55,957 nt of DNA from Chlamydiota bacterium. Lineage in GTDB: Bacteria > Chlamydiota > Chlamydiia > Chlamydiales > SM23-39. Location: contig DAIDIZ010000024.1 in assembly GCA_027451585.1 (NCBI GenBank), forward strand, positions 1 to 55,957, written 5' to 3'. Both the position numbers and the translations under genes were made by a program. Below are positions 19,785 through 28,423 of this stretch, in pieces (position 1 is the first letter of the stretch; each line of letters begins with the position of its first letter). The notes under the pieces were generated by a model. The model was not told where the DNA came from and ran no database searches. It saw only the letters and a program-made list of their open reading frames with translations.

Positions 19785-20189
19785 ATGCATTATGTAAAGG
19801 GACTGGTATACAGTTTTTTTCTTGTCTTTTTCGTTGATTATCTCGTTCCAGGTGTTGATGTGGTCAATCAAACCAAATTGCCCCATATCGGAGGGGATCT
19901 GATGTTTGCTTTGGGACTTGGTTTTTTGAACTCTTTGATCGTTCCCATCTTGCGTATAGGGGATGGCTATCTGACCGGAATGCGGATTGCGATTGTCGCT
20001 TTAGTGCTCAATTTTGCCGCTTACGCGATCTTAAAACTTTTGCCGATTGGGGTTTTTGTAACCAGTGTTGAAGGATATTTCCTGGCGGCTTGCCTGGTCT
20101 CTTTAGGAGCAAGCATCATCGGTTATGTTCAGATGAAGCATCTTCATAAAAAGGGGACTTCAGGAAATGTACCGCCCTCTGATTCCTGA
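19785..20189 (+). CDS. Four-TM membrane protein (phage-holin-4/DUF360-like)
   Basis: LVPGV, LGFLN.LI.PIL pattern, four hydrophobic helices. Confidence 0.7.
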   Translation: MHYVKGLVYSFFLVFFVDYLVPGVDVVNQTKLPHIGGDLMFALGLGFLNSLIVPILRIGDGYLTGMRIAIVALVLNFAAYAILKLLPIGVFVTSVEGYFLAACLVSLGASIIGYVQMKHLHKKGTSGNVPPSDS

Positions 20190-20232
20190 GGAAGATCAGG
20201 AAACTTGGGTTCTGCCGAATGAGACTTTGCAC

Positions 20233-21396
20233 CTACCTCTCGTCTTCTCCGATTTTAGAAAGGGCTTTTTCTTTTTGAGAAAAGCCGATCGCGGTGAGTA
20301 AAAGAGAGATAGAGGCGATGAAGAGGAAGACCCCATTGGATCCGAGTCGATCCATTGCCATGGGGGCAAGTAAGGGGCCCATGATCGCTCCGATTCCGTA
20401 GGCGAGAACAAATCCTCCGGTTGCCGAAACAATCTGGTCGTCAGAGATTTTTTCGCAAGCATAGGCCATGCTAAGTGGGTAGATCGTGAAGGAAAACCCC
20501 CCGAAGAGGAAGATCAGGGGATACAACACTGCATGAGAAACATCTCCAAACAAAGCGATTCCAAGGCTTAAAATTGTGGTCAAAAGGCTTGACCCAATGA
20601 GTACTTTTTTTCGGTGCCCTTTGTCTGCAAGTCTCCCTAACGGCCATTGAAAACTCAATCCTCCAAAAATCAAAAGTGCCATGAGATTCCCAATTTCTGA
20701 GACTGACAGTCCCATTTCTTTTGCATAAACGGGAACAAGTCCGTAGACAGCCGCTAGAATGATTCCTGAAAGAACCACCCCTGATAGCCCAAATGGAGAC
20801 AGCCGGAAAAGTTCTTTGGTTTTGAGCCGTTCTTTTGATTCGATTTTCGGTTCTACCCCTCTTTTTAATACTAAGGGAACGATTGAAACGGCCGAGAGGA
20901 TAGCGATGATGTAGAAGGGTCCAAGCCCCAAAGGATTGGATAGGTGAATGAGAAGTTGTCCTCCAGAAAGGGCCATATAGAAGACAGCCAGATAGATAGA
21001 AAGGATGGCCCCCCTGAGCTTAGGGCCTGCTTGCATCAAGAGCCAACTTTCAATCACAATGAAGATCCCTGCTGTGCAAATCCCCCCGATAAAACGGAGA
21101 AATGCCCAGTAGTAGGGGTCTACATACACCGATTGCGCTAAAACGAGAAAAGTGCACAGCAAGGCACAGTAAACAAAGGCTTTGATGTGTCCTATCTTCG
21201 AAATCCATCGGTCAATCCAAAGAGACCCGATGAAAATCCCCAAATAAAGAGATGCGGTCACAATTCCAATTGAATCGGTGTTAAATCCCTCTAATTCAAG
21301 GCGAACTGAGATGAACGTGTTTGCAAGGCCGCTTGCTGCAATCAGTAGGATGAGGCTTATGAAAGGAGCGATAAGAGAACGGATTAACTGGATCAT
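20233..21396 (-). CDS. MFS transporter (YcaD-like)
   Basis: About 12 TM helices; IGHIKAF, IESWL and QWPLGRLAD. Confidence 0.9.
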   Translation of the reverse strand: MIQLIRSLIAPFISLILLIAASGLANTFISVRLELEGFNTDSIGIVTASLYLGIFIGSLWIDRWISKIGHIKAFVYCALLCTFLVLAQSVYVDPYYWAFLRFIGGICTAGIFIVIESWLLMQAGPKLRGAILSIYLAVFYMALSGGQLLIHLSNPLGLGPFYIIAILSAVSIVPLVLKRGVEPKIESKERLKTKELFRLSPFGLSGVVLSGIILAAVYGLVPVYAKEMGLSVSEIGNLMALLIFGGLSFQWPLGRLADKGHRKKVLIGSSLLTTILSLGIALFGDVSHAVLYPLIFLFGGFSFTIYPLSMAYACEKISDDQIVSATGGFVLAYGIGAIMGPLLAPMAMDRLGSNGVFLFIASISLLLTAIGFSQKEKALSKIGEDER

Positions 21397-21529
21397 ATGA
21401 GCTCATTTTGCTTAAATTCGATTTAATAGTAAAAATAATTATTAAGAAGTTTTGATTTAACCGTTTGTAATTAAAATTTTATTTTTAATTCGGTTCTGTA
21501 ATAATGGTTTTAGACAGAAGGAAGGGTTT

Positions 21530-23668
21530 ATGCGATCTAAGTTTTCGGAGAAGATTCGTTTAGAAGAGGCGATAGAGAACTTAGGAGTGATGGCAGCGAT
21601 TCGTATGGATAGTCCTCCTCCGATTGGGGTTGTGGGGAGGAGGCGACTTGTGACGAGCGCCGAAGAGCTGGAGGCAGATGAAGCGCGGTGGTTGAGTGGA
21701 GAAGGTGTGGAGTCCATTCTTTCTGTAGTCGACATGAGTTATCTTTCGATTTTGGACTATTTAGAAAGTCTTTGTGCAAACGAAGGAACCGATTGGAAAA
21801 GTCAAAAAACAAAAGAGGGGATTTCCTCTTTCATGGCTCTTGCAGGAGAATCTGCCTATAAAATGACTCTTTATCTTTCGTATCGATTGGATCGCCCTTT
21901 ACAAGAAAAAGTAGAAGAAAGGGATTCTTTTCGTGCTTTACAGAAATTGTATTTAGAGAAGATTGCAAGCAAGTTAGGTATTTCCTCGAATTGGGAAAGT
22001 GAGATGGTAGAGGGGAGGAACTCTCTTTTAGCGTTGCAACCGGAGATGAAGGATTTTGATGCTCTTTTGGCTGACCGCGATTATGAGCTTTTTTATATTG
22101 CCGATGAAAAGGGGGTCCCTTATCTCGATGAGAAACTTCTCAAAAATTTCAAGATCTCTGTCGATTTTGAAACGCCTTCTGGAGAGTTCGAAAAAGATCC
22201 TTTTTTAAAGGTCAAAACGATTTTGGATCGAGATGCGCAAGGGGGGGCCTCCTATATTTTGAAGGAGTGTAGAGATGAGATCTCTGAGTTTTTCAAACAC
22301 GCGAAGAAGCTTTTTCACCATGACCTTGCCCGCCTGCTCAGTCGATCGGTGATCGCTCTTTTATTGGCGCGCAATCCTCACCATTTATCGCAGAGAACAG
22401 AGGGCAAGCCATGTGGTCAATACTTCCATGATTTTCAGCTGTTTTTACGGCAAGCTTTAAAGACCGATGAATACCAAAAATGGATCTCCTATCCACCCTC
22501 TGATTTGGAGAAAGGAGCTTCTCTCCTTCTTTCGTTGGCGCATAAACTCTCTTTTTGTTTGGTATTTAGACCTTTAGCAGTAACGCAAGAGGCCATTGGT
22601 TTGATCCATCGAACCATGAGAAAAGGGGAGAAGGAGGTCTCGCTGGAAAGGGGCGATTCTTTAGTGAATCAGCTTCTTTTTGAAGATGATAAGTTCCGTT
22701 CTTTTCTCGAAAAATATCCAAACGGTCCTCTCTTAAAAATTCTAGAGACTGTGAGAAAAGATCAGTCAGAAGGGATTCTGATCCCGTTTGATCCTTGGGT
22801 TCAAGGGAATTTACCGTATCAAATAGCGACTCTTCAAAAAGGGAATAAAGAGATTGCTCTGCTCCATCTTCCATCTCCTACTCGCCAACAGATGATCCAG
22901 CGAGCGGAGATTCTCGATGAATGGAGGGGGTGCTTGCGCTATATGAAAGGGAAAAAGAAGCATCTCCTTGTTAATTTACAAAGTCGACTTTCTTGGAAAG
23001 AGTCAATGAAAAGCAGATCGCTTGAGATGCTTGAAGAGCACCCCCAATTTTCCTCACAGCTCATCGTTTTGACCCTGCCAAGAAATACCTCCTTTTATCA
23101 TCAAATCGATGAGTACGCTGATAGAAATCATGCGACTGTATTTATCGAGAGTTTGAAACAACAGATGAGGAATCGAGAAGGAGGCGGTTTTTTCTTCTCT
23201 TCGAAGTGGGATAAGGAATCTCTTCAGAGGTTTTTCGATCGAGCTTGTCAAAGGATTTACGAGTATGTCTTTGACTCAAGAGAGACTCTCGATCGACAAG
23301 AAAGGGAAGATTTTATTGAGATTTTCTACCAATGTCTTGTTTTCTACGCTTGTGATCATTTCAAAATTGATTCGCTTAGTTTTACTTGTAAAGATGGGGT
23401 TGATGAAGGGGCTTGTATGTCTGCGCTTTCGTATGCATTTTTTCAAATTCTCGAAGGAGGTTTGGAGAGTAAGGAAGTGATTGATCATCTGAAGTTTTTA
23501 CTCTATTGGCCTGCATTGAGTGTTCGAGAAAGGGCTGTGAATGTCGAACCTTGTCATCGAATGATTTCGGCATTTGAACGACTCGTCCGTGCTGTTCATC
23601 TTCATCGGAAAACGTTTTTAGAACATATACTCGTTCCATTCCAAAATGACCCAAGCAAGCCGATTTAG
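21530..23668 (+). CDS. Large hypothetical protein with phosphatase-like motif
   Basis: 712-aa ORF with RBS; SFTCKDGVDEG resembles a CX5R loop with Arg replaced by Glu. Confidence 0.75.
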   Translation: MRSKFSEKIRLEEAIENLGVMAAIRMDSPPPIGVVGRRRLVTSAEELEADEARWLSGEGVESILSVVDMSYLSILDYLESLCANEGTDWKSQKTKEGISSFMALAGESAYKMTLYLSYRLDRPLQEKVEERDSFRALQKLYLEKIASKLGISSNWESEMVEGRNSLLALQPEMKDFDALLADRDYELFYIADEKGVPYLDEKLLKNFKISVDFETPSGEFEKDPFLKVKTILDRDAQGGASYILKECRDEISEFFKHAKKLFHHDLARLLSRSVIALLLARNPHHLSQRTEGKPCGQYFHDFQLFLRQALKTDEYQKWISYPPSDLEKGASLLLSLAHKLSFCLVFRPLAVTQEAIGLIHRTMRKGEKEVSLERGDSLVNQLLFEDDKFRSFLEKYPNGPLLKILETVRKDQSEGILIPFDPWVQGNLPYQIATLQKGNKEIALLHLPSPTRQQMIQRAEILDEWRGCLRYMKGKKKHLLVNLQSRLSWKESMKSRSLEMLEEHPQFSSQLIVLTLPRNTSFYHQIDEYADRNHATVFIESLKQQMRNREGGGFFFSSKWDKESLQRFFDRACQRIYEYVFDSRETLDRQEREDFIEIFYQCLVFYACDHFKIDSLSFTCKDGVDEGACMSALSYAFFQILEGGLESKEVIDHLKFLLYWPALSVRERAVNVEPCHRMISAFERLVRAVHLHRKTFLEHILVPFQNDPSKPI

Positions 23669-23675
23669 AGCTATC
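23626..23675 (+). repeat. Partial palindromic element family A
   Basis: TATACTCGTTCCATTCCAAAATGACCCAAG is near-identical to 42113..42142; supplies the last codons and stop of the upstream CDS. Confidence 0.75.
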
Positions 23676-23684
23676 AAATTTCCA

Positions 23685-23726
23685 ATAAAAAAATGGGGTC
23701 AATATTGAATTAATATTAACCCCATT
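23685..23726 (-). terminator. Probable intrinsic terminator between convergent genes
   Basis: AATGGGGTCAATATT / AATATTAACCCCATT hairpin, followed on the minus strand by a U tract. Confidence 0.6.
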
Positions 23727-23756
23727 ACAGAGGCGACTTTGCAAGCGGCCTGACTG

Positions 23757-24686
23757 CTAGAATATGAATTCGAAATTCAAATTGACTCCAGCAAACAGAT
23801 ATTTATTTTTGGGGAGATTCAGAGAAAGGGAGGTTGTCCCCTGAGATCCAGAGAGAGTTGTTGCTGTTGTTTTCCCATCGTGCCATAGTTCAAAAAAGGG
23901 AGATAAAGAACACGCTATCTTACTATCACATGCAATGAATTTAAGAGGCATTGCAAAATAGAAATTATTCAATTTATAAGTGAGATTCCATTCAGCTCCA
24001 CTCAATGGTTTTATATGGACGAGAGGAAGTACTTGAGGTCTCCACTGAAACTGCAATCCTCCGGCAAAATGAGAATAATAACGCTTTTCAAACATCGCTC
24101 CTACAGGAACATAGAAATTGGTATAGGTAAGGCGAAGATAGGTTGTTCCCAATTGAACCGTTTCGGGCATGCAACGGACGCCAATCCCTGAAAAAAGGCT
24201 GAGCCTGATCTTGTCATGTTGAAATGAAAAGGTGTAGCCAACCCTTTCCTGGACGTTGATGTCTTGGATTTTCCGAGACGCTCCGTGGTGCTCTGGTTTT
24301 CCGATACGCCAATCTCCGGATAATCCTGCATAAATCGAATTGGGTGGACGAAATTCATAGAGAAATTGAGCTCCTCCTAGACTTCCCTTTACTGTATGAT
24401 CTCCTTTCGGAGTGATCCAAGTATAAGTATAGTTACCTCCAACTGAAAGGAGATGGTCCCGATGTATGGAAGAGTTGGATTTTTTGGGAGCTGAAGTAGG
24501 AGTGGTACATTGGATTTTCCTTGTGGCCACTTCTCGATCAACCGAGACTGCATCAAAGCTGTCGTCTTCTGTCATGTATGCAATTGCGCTGCGCTGGAGG
24601 CTTTCGCCTGAGTGCAAGACAAGTGCTGCGCTTAACGCAAGGCAAATCTGATAAAACTTGGGGGCCATCGCAGAAAACTCCTTCAC
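23757..24686 (-). CDS. Outer-membrane beta-barrel protein
   Basis: Signal peptide, alternating amphipathic beta strands, C-terminal GVNLNFEFIF. Confidence 0.75.
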   Translation of the reverse strand: MKEFSAMAPKFYQICLALSAALVLHSGESLQRSAIAYMTEDDSFDAVSVDREVATRKIQCTTPTSAPKKSNSSIHRDHLLSVGGNYTYTWITPKGDHTVKGSLGGAQFLYEFRPPNSIYAGLSGDWRIGKPEHHGASRKIQDINVQERVGYTFSFQHDKIRLSLFSGIGVRCMPETVQLGTTYLRLTYTNFYVPVGAMFEKRYYSHFAGGLQFQWRPQVLPLVHIKPLSGAEWNLTYKLNNFYFAMPLKFIACDSKIACSLSPFFELWHDGKTTATTLSGSQGTTSLSLNLPKNKYLFAGVNLNFEFIF

Positions 24687-24710
24687 TAAAACATTTATTT
24701 GAAATAGGCT

Positions 24711-24879
24711 TATACCGGAAATGATTCAAAAGTCGGCTTTTTGGCCGGCGTGAAAGCTGCCGATAAATCGCTTGACTAAGGTGGAGGTTGTATTTCCTCG
24801 GTACTACCCTCACCCTGTTCAAGCATTTATTCAGTTTTGACTCTGCCAAAAAAACAACTTTTGAGTCATTTCCGGTATA
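24711..24879. repeat. Palindromic MITE-like element family B (169 bp)
   Basis: TATACCGGAAATGATTCAAAAGT / ACTTTTGAGTCATTTCCGGTATA terminal repeats with further nested complementarity. Confidence 0.85.
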
Positions 24880-24930
24880 TATAGCAGCAAATCTTTGTTC
24901 TGTCCAATTTTTTTAGGTGGAGGCGATCGC

Positions 24931-26565
24931 GTGAAATTTTTTGTCCTTTTTTTGAGTTCTTTTTCAGCATTTTTTGCACAGGCACCCTTTGACTCGGAAG
25001 AGGCCTTACGAACCTTTATTTCTGATGCAGAAACATTTTATGCGGAATTTGTAGCGGAACAGGAAGTCATCGATTCTTCTGTTGGATTGGGTTCTTTATC
25101 CTCGGGATTCGTCCCTCCTTCTAACCCCTATTCGCCTCCGAGTGATCCTCCAGCACCGACTCCTCAGAACGGATTTCTCCCAGTCGTCATTGTGAATAAC
25201 AGCGGTTTCCCGGATGCGAGTGTCTATATCAGTGTCATTGGAACTCAACTGACAGGGACCTCTCCTGGAGCAAAGATGTATATGACCTTTGATTCCGCAG
25301 GATCGGGAAGTTATACACTCGTGAGTAGTGGTTCTGGCAATGTCCCAGTTATCCAGCTGAGTTCTTTGAACACAACCCCCTTGGCGCCTAACACCTATGT
25401 GATCTACATCCCTGCAAATCAGGGCAGTTCGCAAGGGATCTCTGGCGGTCGCATCTACTTTCAGATCAACAGTAATCAAACTCTTATCACCTATAACGGG
25501 GGTGTCTTAACGGAACCTAGTGTCTTGAATCAATCTCTGACTCCTTATGGTCTTACATTTGATAAATTCGAAGTTGCTTATGTTCCTGCAGGAAATCCCC
25601 AGGTCAACGCAGATGCAACAGCTGCCGACTTCTTCTCTGTCCCCTTGTATGGATTCCTCTCAACACCTGATACGGGAAGCCCTAGTCATTCCGGAATTTA
25701 TCAACCGCAGAGTTTTATCATGAAAACAGTTGCCCCTTCTTTCTTTAACGGCAGGTGCAGAGGCTCTTATAGATCAGCCATTCTCGCTCAGTGGAATAAT
25801 CTTTTTTCCCCTAACCAAGCCAATCCGATAAGAATCTTATCCCCAGGATCAGCGATGAGCGTTGGAACCGGGAGCTCTTTTCCTAACTCGTTCGATCCTA
25901 ATTATTTCGATAATGCAACCGCTTATGGATTTAGTCTTCTTCAGTATATTTGGTATGGATCTGATTCCTATTACCGTTCTCAGGGACTCTACTTTCAAAC
26001 GCCCGCATCGAATCTCTATCCGCAGCCGGGGATTTGTTCTGCAAACGGCGTTTCTGGGGTCTATACAGCGACGATCGCGTCAGATAATATGATGAATTTT
26101 TGCCCCAATTTTACAACAGAAGCGCAGTCTTATTTCCCAGCTCCTAGTACTGCGAATGCAAGCGCTCCTTCTCCCACGAATGGTCCGACGAGCTACCTCA
26201 TCTTTGCTTCCCAAAATTTGAATTCTTCTTTTGCAGCGAATCTCCAAGGAAATCAGGTGAGCAAGCTTTTTGAAGAGGCCATGGTGGCGGGTCTTCTTCC
26301 TGCCCCTTTTTCTCCCAGTAATCCTCTGAGCAACACCTATCTGTCTAACAATGTACAAGGTTACTTTGGGAATGCTTCCGCATTGCCTGCAAGTGCGGGA
26401 GGGCCGTGGTATGATGTCTATTCAGAGGCGATTCATTATTGCGGATCAATCTATACGTTTGGATTTGATGAACCCCTCTATCCGAACGTACTCATGCAGT
26501 GCACGACCCCGTCGCCTAGCACCTATATTGGTATCACGATAGGTCCTTGTGATTTAGTCCCGTAA
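24931..26565 (+). CDS. Secreted GH64-like beta-1,3-glucanase family protein
   Basis: GGAGG RBS plus GTG, signal peptide; VIVNNSG..D..VYI, SGGRIYF, FDKFE, DFFSVP, RILSP, YSEAIH and YTFGFDE motifs. Confidence 0.7.
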   Translation: MKFFVLFLSSFSAFFAQAPFDSEEALRTFISDAETFYAEFVAEQEVIDSSVGLGSLSSGFVPPSNPYSPPSDPPAPTPQNGFLPVVIVNNSGFPDASVYISVIGTQLTGTSPGAKMYMTFDSAGSGSYTLVSSGSGNVPVIQLSSLNTTPLAPNTYVIYIPANQGSSQGISGGRIYFQINSNQTLITYNGGVLTEPSVLNQSLTPYGLTFDKFEVAYVPAGNPQVNADATAADFFSVPLYGFLSTPDTGSPSHSGIYQPQSFIMKTVAPSFFNGRCRGSYRSAILAQWNNLFSPNQANPIRILSPGSAMSVGTGSSFPNSFDPNYFDNATAYGFSLLQYIWYGSDSYYRSQGLYFQTPASNLYPQPGICSANGVSGVYTATIASDNMMNFCPNFTTEAQSYFPAPSTANASAPSPTNGPTSYLIFASQNLNSSFAANLQGNQVSKLFEEAMVAGLLPAPFSPSNPLSNTYLSNNVQGYFGNASALPASAGGPWYDVYSEAIHYCGSIYTFGFDEPLYPNVLMQCTTPSPSTYIGITIGPCDLVP

Positions 26566-26641
26566 GAAGTATCTCCTCGACTGTGTGCATTTTTTGCCAG
26601 CATCTCCGGAGAGTGCGTTCAAAAAATGTACAAAGTCGAGA

Positions 26642-27352
26642 TTACCACTTCACGCCGAAGCCGGAAGAGAAGAGCCAAGGATTCATCCGCACATGGCATC
26701 TGCCGCTGACGTCCCCTCGGAGGGCTGCCGTTGTTTTGATCCAGACATACTTGGCTTCCACGTTGAAGATCCAGTTTTTCCAGATGAAGAAATCAAAGCC
26801 CGCTTGGGCAACAGGTCCCCATGAGTGCTTCAGTTTAAGATGAGTTCCCTGGAGAGATGAATGAGGATCATGGAACAGGGTATAATTGCCACCTCCTCCA
26901 ATATAAGGTTGGAGAAGAGAAGAGGGAAAGATGCGCCATTGCAAGCAAGCAATGGGGGGAATTAACCAAGCTGTTCCGATTTTCGTTTTTTCAAGAGATT
27001 TTTTCCCCCAAAGCGAGTTGTAATAGGAAGAGAAAATCATAGAGAATCCTAGATTCTTGGTGAACATCACGCTGATATCGAGTTCCCCTGACCAAGAAGG
27101 GTGAAATTTCATTCCAGAATTGGGAATCGAACTGATCGAATCGCTTGAGTTATTTGGAAGAAGGTAAAGACCCCTGAATTTAGTAAATCCATTACCTCCT
27201 TTTGTCTTGTAGTAGTTTTTATAACACTTCTGATTTCTATGACGAGTGGGGGGGGGATTCCTTCTGTATTCAGAAGAAATAATCTCATCAGGGGCATAGA
27301 GAAAGGTAAGGATAAGAAGGATCGTCGTCAGCTTTTTAAAAAGTAATTTCAT
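26642..27352 (-). CDS. ompW: OmpW-family outer-membrane protein
   Basis: LIPP...LQW, QPYIGGG.NYT.F, SWG...QAGFD and NPW...G.G..W. Confidence 0.88.
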   Translation of the reverse strand: MKLLFKKLTTILLILTFLYAPDEIISSEYRRNPPPTRHRNQKCYKNYYKTKGGNGFTKFRGLYLLPNNSSDSISSIPNSGMKFHPSWSGELDISVMFTKNLGFSMIFSSYYNSLWGKKSLEKTKIGTAWLIPPIACLQWRIFPSSLLQPYIGGGGNYTLFHDPHSSLQGTHLKLKHSWGPVAQAGFDFFIWKNWIFNVEAKYVWIKTTAALRGDVSGRCHVRMNPWLFSSGFGVKW

Positions 27353-27380
27353 CTGGTTAGAATCCTCCTTCTAGGTGGAA

Positions 27381-27425
27381 AGGTAGTTGCAAAACTCGCT
27401 TTGAGAAGTGGTTTTGCAACTACCT
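27381..27425. repeat. 45-bp palindrome between divergent genes
   Basis: AGGTAGTTGCAAAAC / GTTTTGCAACTACCT perfect 15-bp arms. Confidence 0.75.
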
Positions 27426-27465
27426 CCATATTTTTCGTATATCAGGAAGATTCATTTTATTGAAG

Positions 27466-27494
27466 TTGCGAAAATAACCTTTTCCGATTATTCT
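27466..27494 (+). promoter_or_regulatory. Putative sigma66/70 promoter of the patatin gene
   Basis: TTGCGA-N17-TATTCT, 7 nt before the ATG. Confidence 0.5.
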
Positions 27495-27501
27495 CTTTCC
27501 G

Positions 27502-28407
27502 ATGTATTGCATTTGGATCTTTTTTGTTCTCTTTTTGTCTGGGTGTAGTTCTTTAAAAATGAGCTCGCTAGGAGACCTCGTTGCCATTCCTCCTTTTGAA
27601 CCGAAAGAACCCGTCAATGTGGCGCTTGTGTTGGGCGGCGGCGGCGCGAAAGGGCTTGCCCATTTAGGGGCGATTCGGGAACTTGAATTGGCGGGAATCC
27701 GTCCAGATTTGATTGTGGGATGCAGTGCTGGCGCGATCGCCGGAGCTCTTTATGCCGATCAACCTTATCTGGAGGATAGGGTGGAAATGCTTCTTCCCTT
27801 GCGCAAGGCCGATATTCTTGATTACGCGATCAATCCGATCTTTGGGATTGTGCACGGGGATCTGCTTCAGAATCTGATGAAAAATCTCTTGCGTGCAAAA
27901 ACATTTGAAGAACTCCAAATTCCTCTCATTGTAGTAGTTACGGATTTGATTTCGGGAGAGGCAATTGAGCTATCTAAAGGAGATCTCTCTTCTGCTATTA
28001 GAGCTTCCTGTTCTGTTCCTGGAATTTTCAAGCCCTTTTCTCTTTATGGGAGATACTGCATTGATGGAGGCGCCGCCTGCCCGATCCCCGTCAGTATAGC
28101 GAAAAAATATGGGGCTAAGGTTGTGATCGCGATTGATTTAAGTGAGCAGCTCCCTAAAAAACATCCCCGACATCTTCTCGGAGTGACCAAGAGAAGCTTA
28201 GAGATCGGGTATCGGAAATTCATTGAGCAATCGCTTTCTCAAGCCGATGTGGCTATCCGGATGAATTTCGATGAAGTGGGACTTTTTAACGATTCTCTGA
28301 ACGAATGGCTCTATGAGCAAGGACGCGCAGCTATTCGAGACAAGCTTGACGAGATTCGGTCGAAGATTGAGAAGATTCAGTGCATCCTACCATCTATCAA
28401 AAAGTAA
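27502..28407 (+). CDS. Patatin-like phospholipase, probable lipoprotein
   Basis: Lipobox LSGC, GGGGAKG, GCSAG and DGG. Confidence 0.92.
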   Translation: MYCIWIFFVLFLSGCSSLKMSSLGDLVAIPPFEPKEPVNVALVLGGGGAKGLAHLGAIRELELAGIRPDLIVGCSAGAIAGALYADQPYLEDRVEMLLPLRKADILDYAINPIFGIVHGDLLQNLMKNLLRAKTFEELQIPLIVVVTDLISGEAIELSKGDLSSAIRASCSVPGIFKPFSLYGRYCIDGGAACPIPVSIAKKYGAKVVIAIDLSEQLPKKHPRHLLGVTKRSLEIGYRKFIEQSLSQADVAIRMNFDEVGLFNDSLNEWLYEQGRAAIRDKLDEIRSKIEKIQCILPSIKK

Positions 28408-28423
28408 TCTTTAGTGTAGAATC

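Noticed and set aside
19785-20189. Holin-family protein as evidence of a prophage
   Set aside because: No phage structural, lysis or integrase genes nearby; this family is common on chromosomes.
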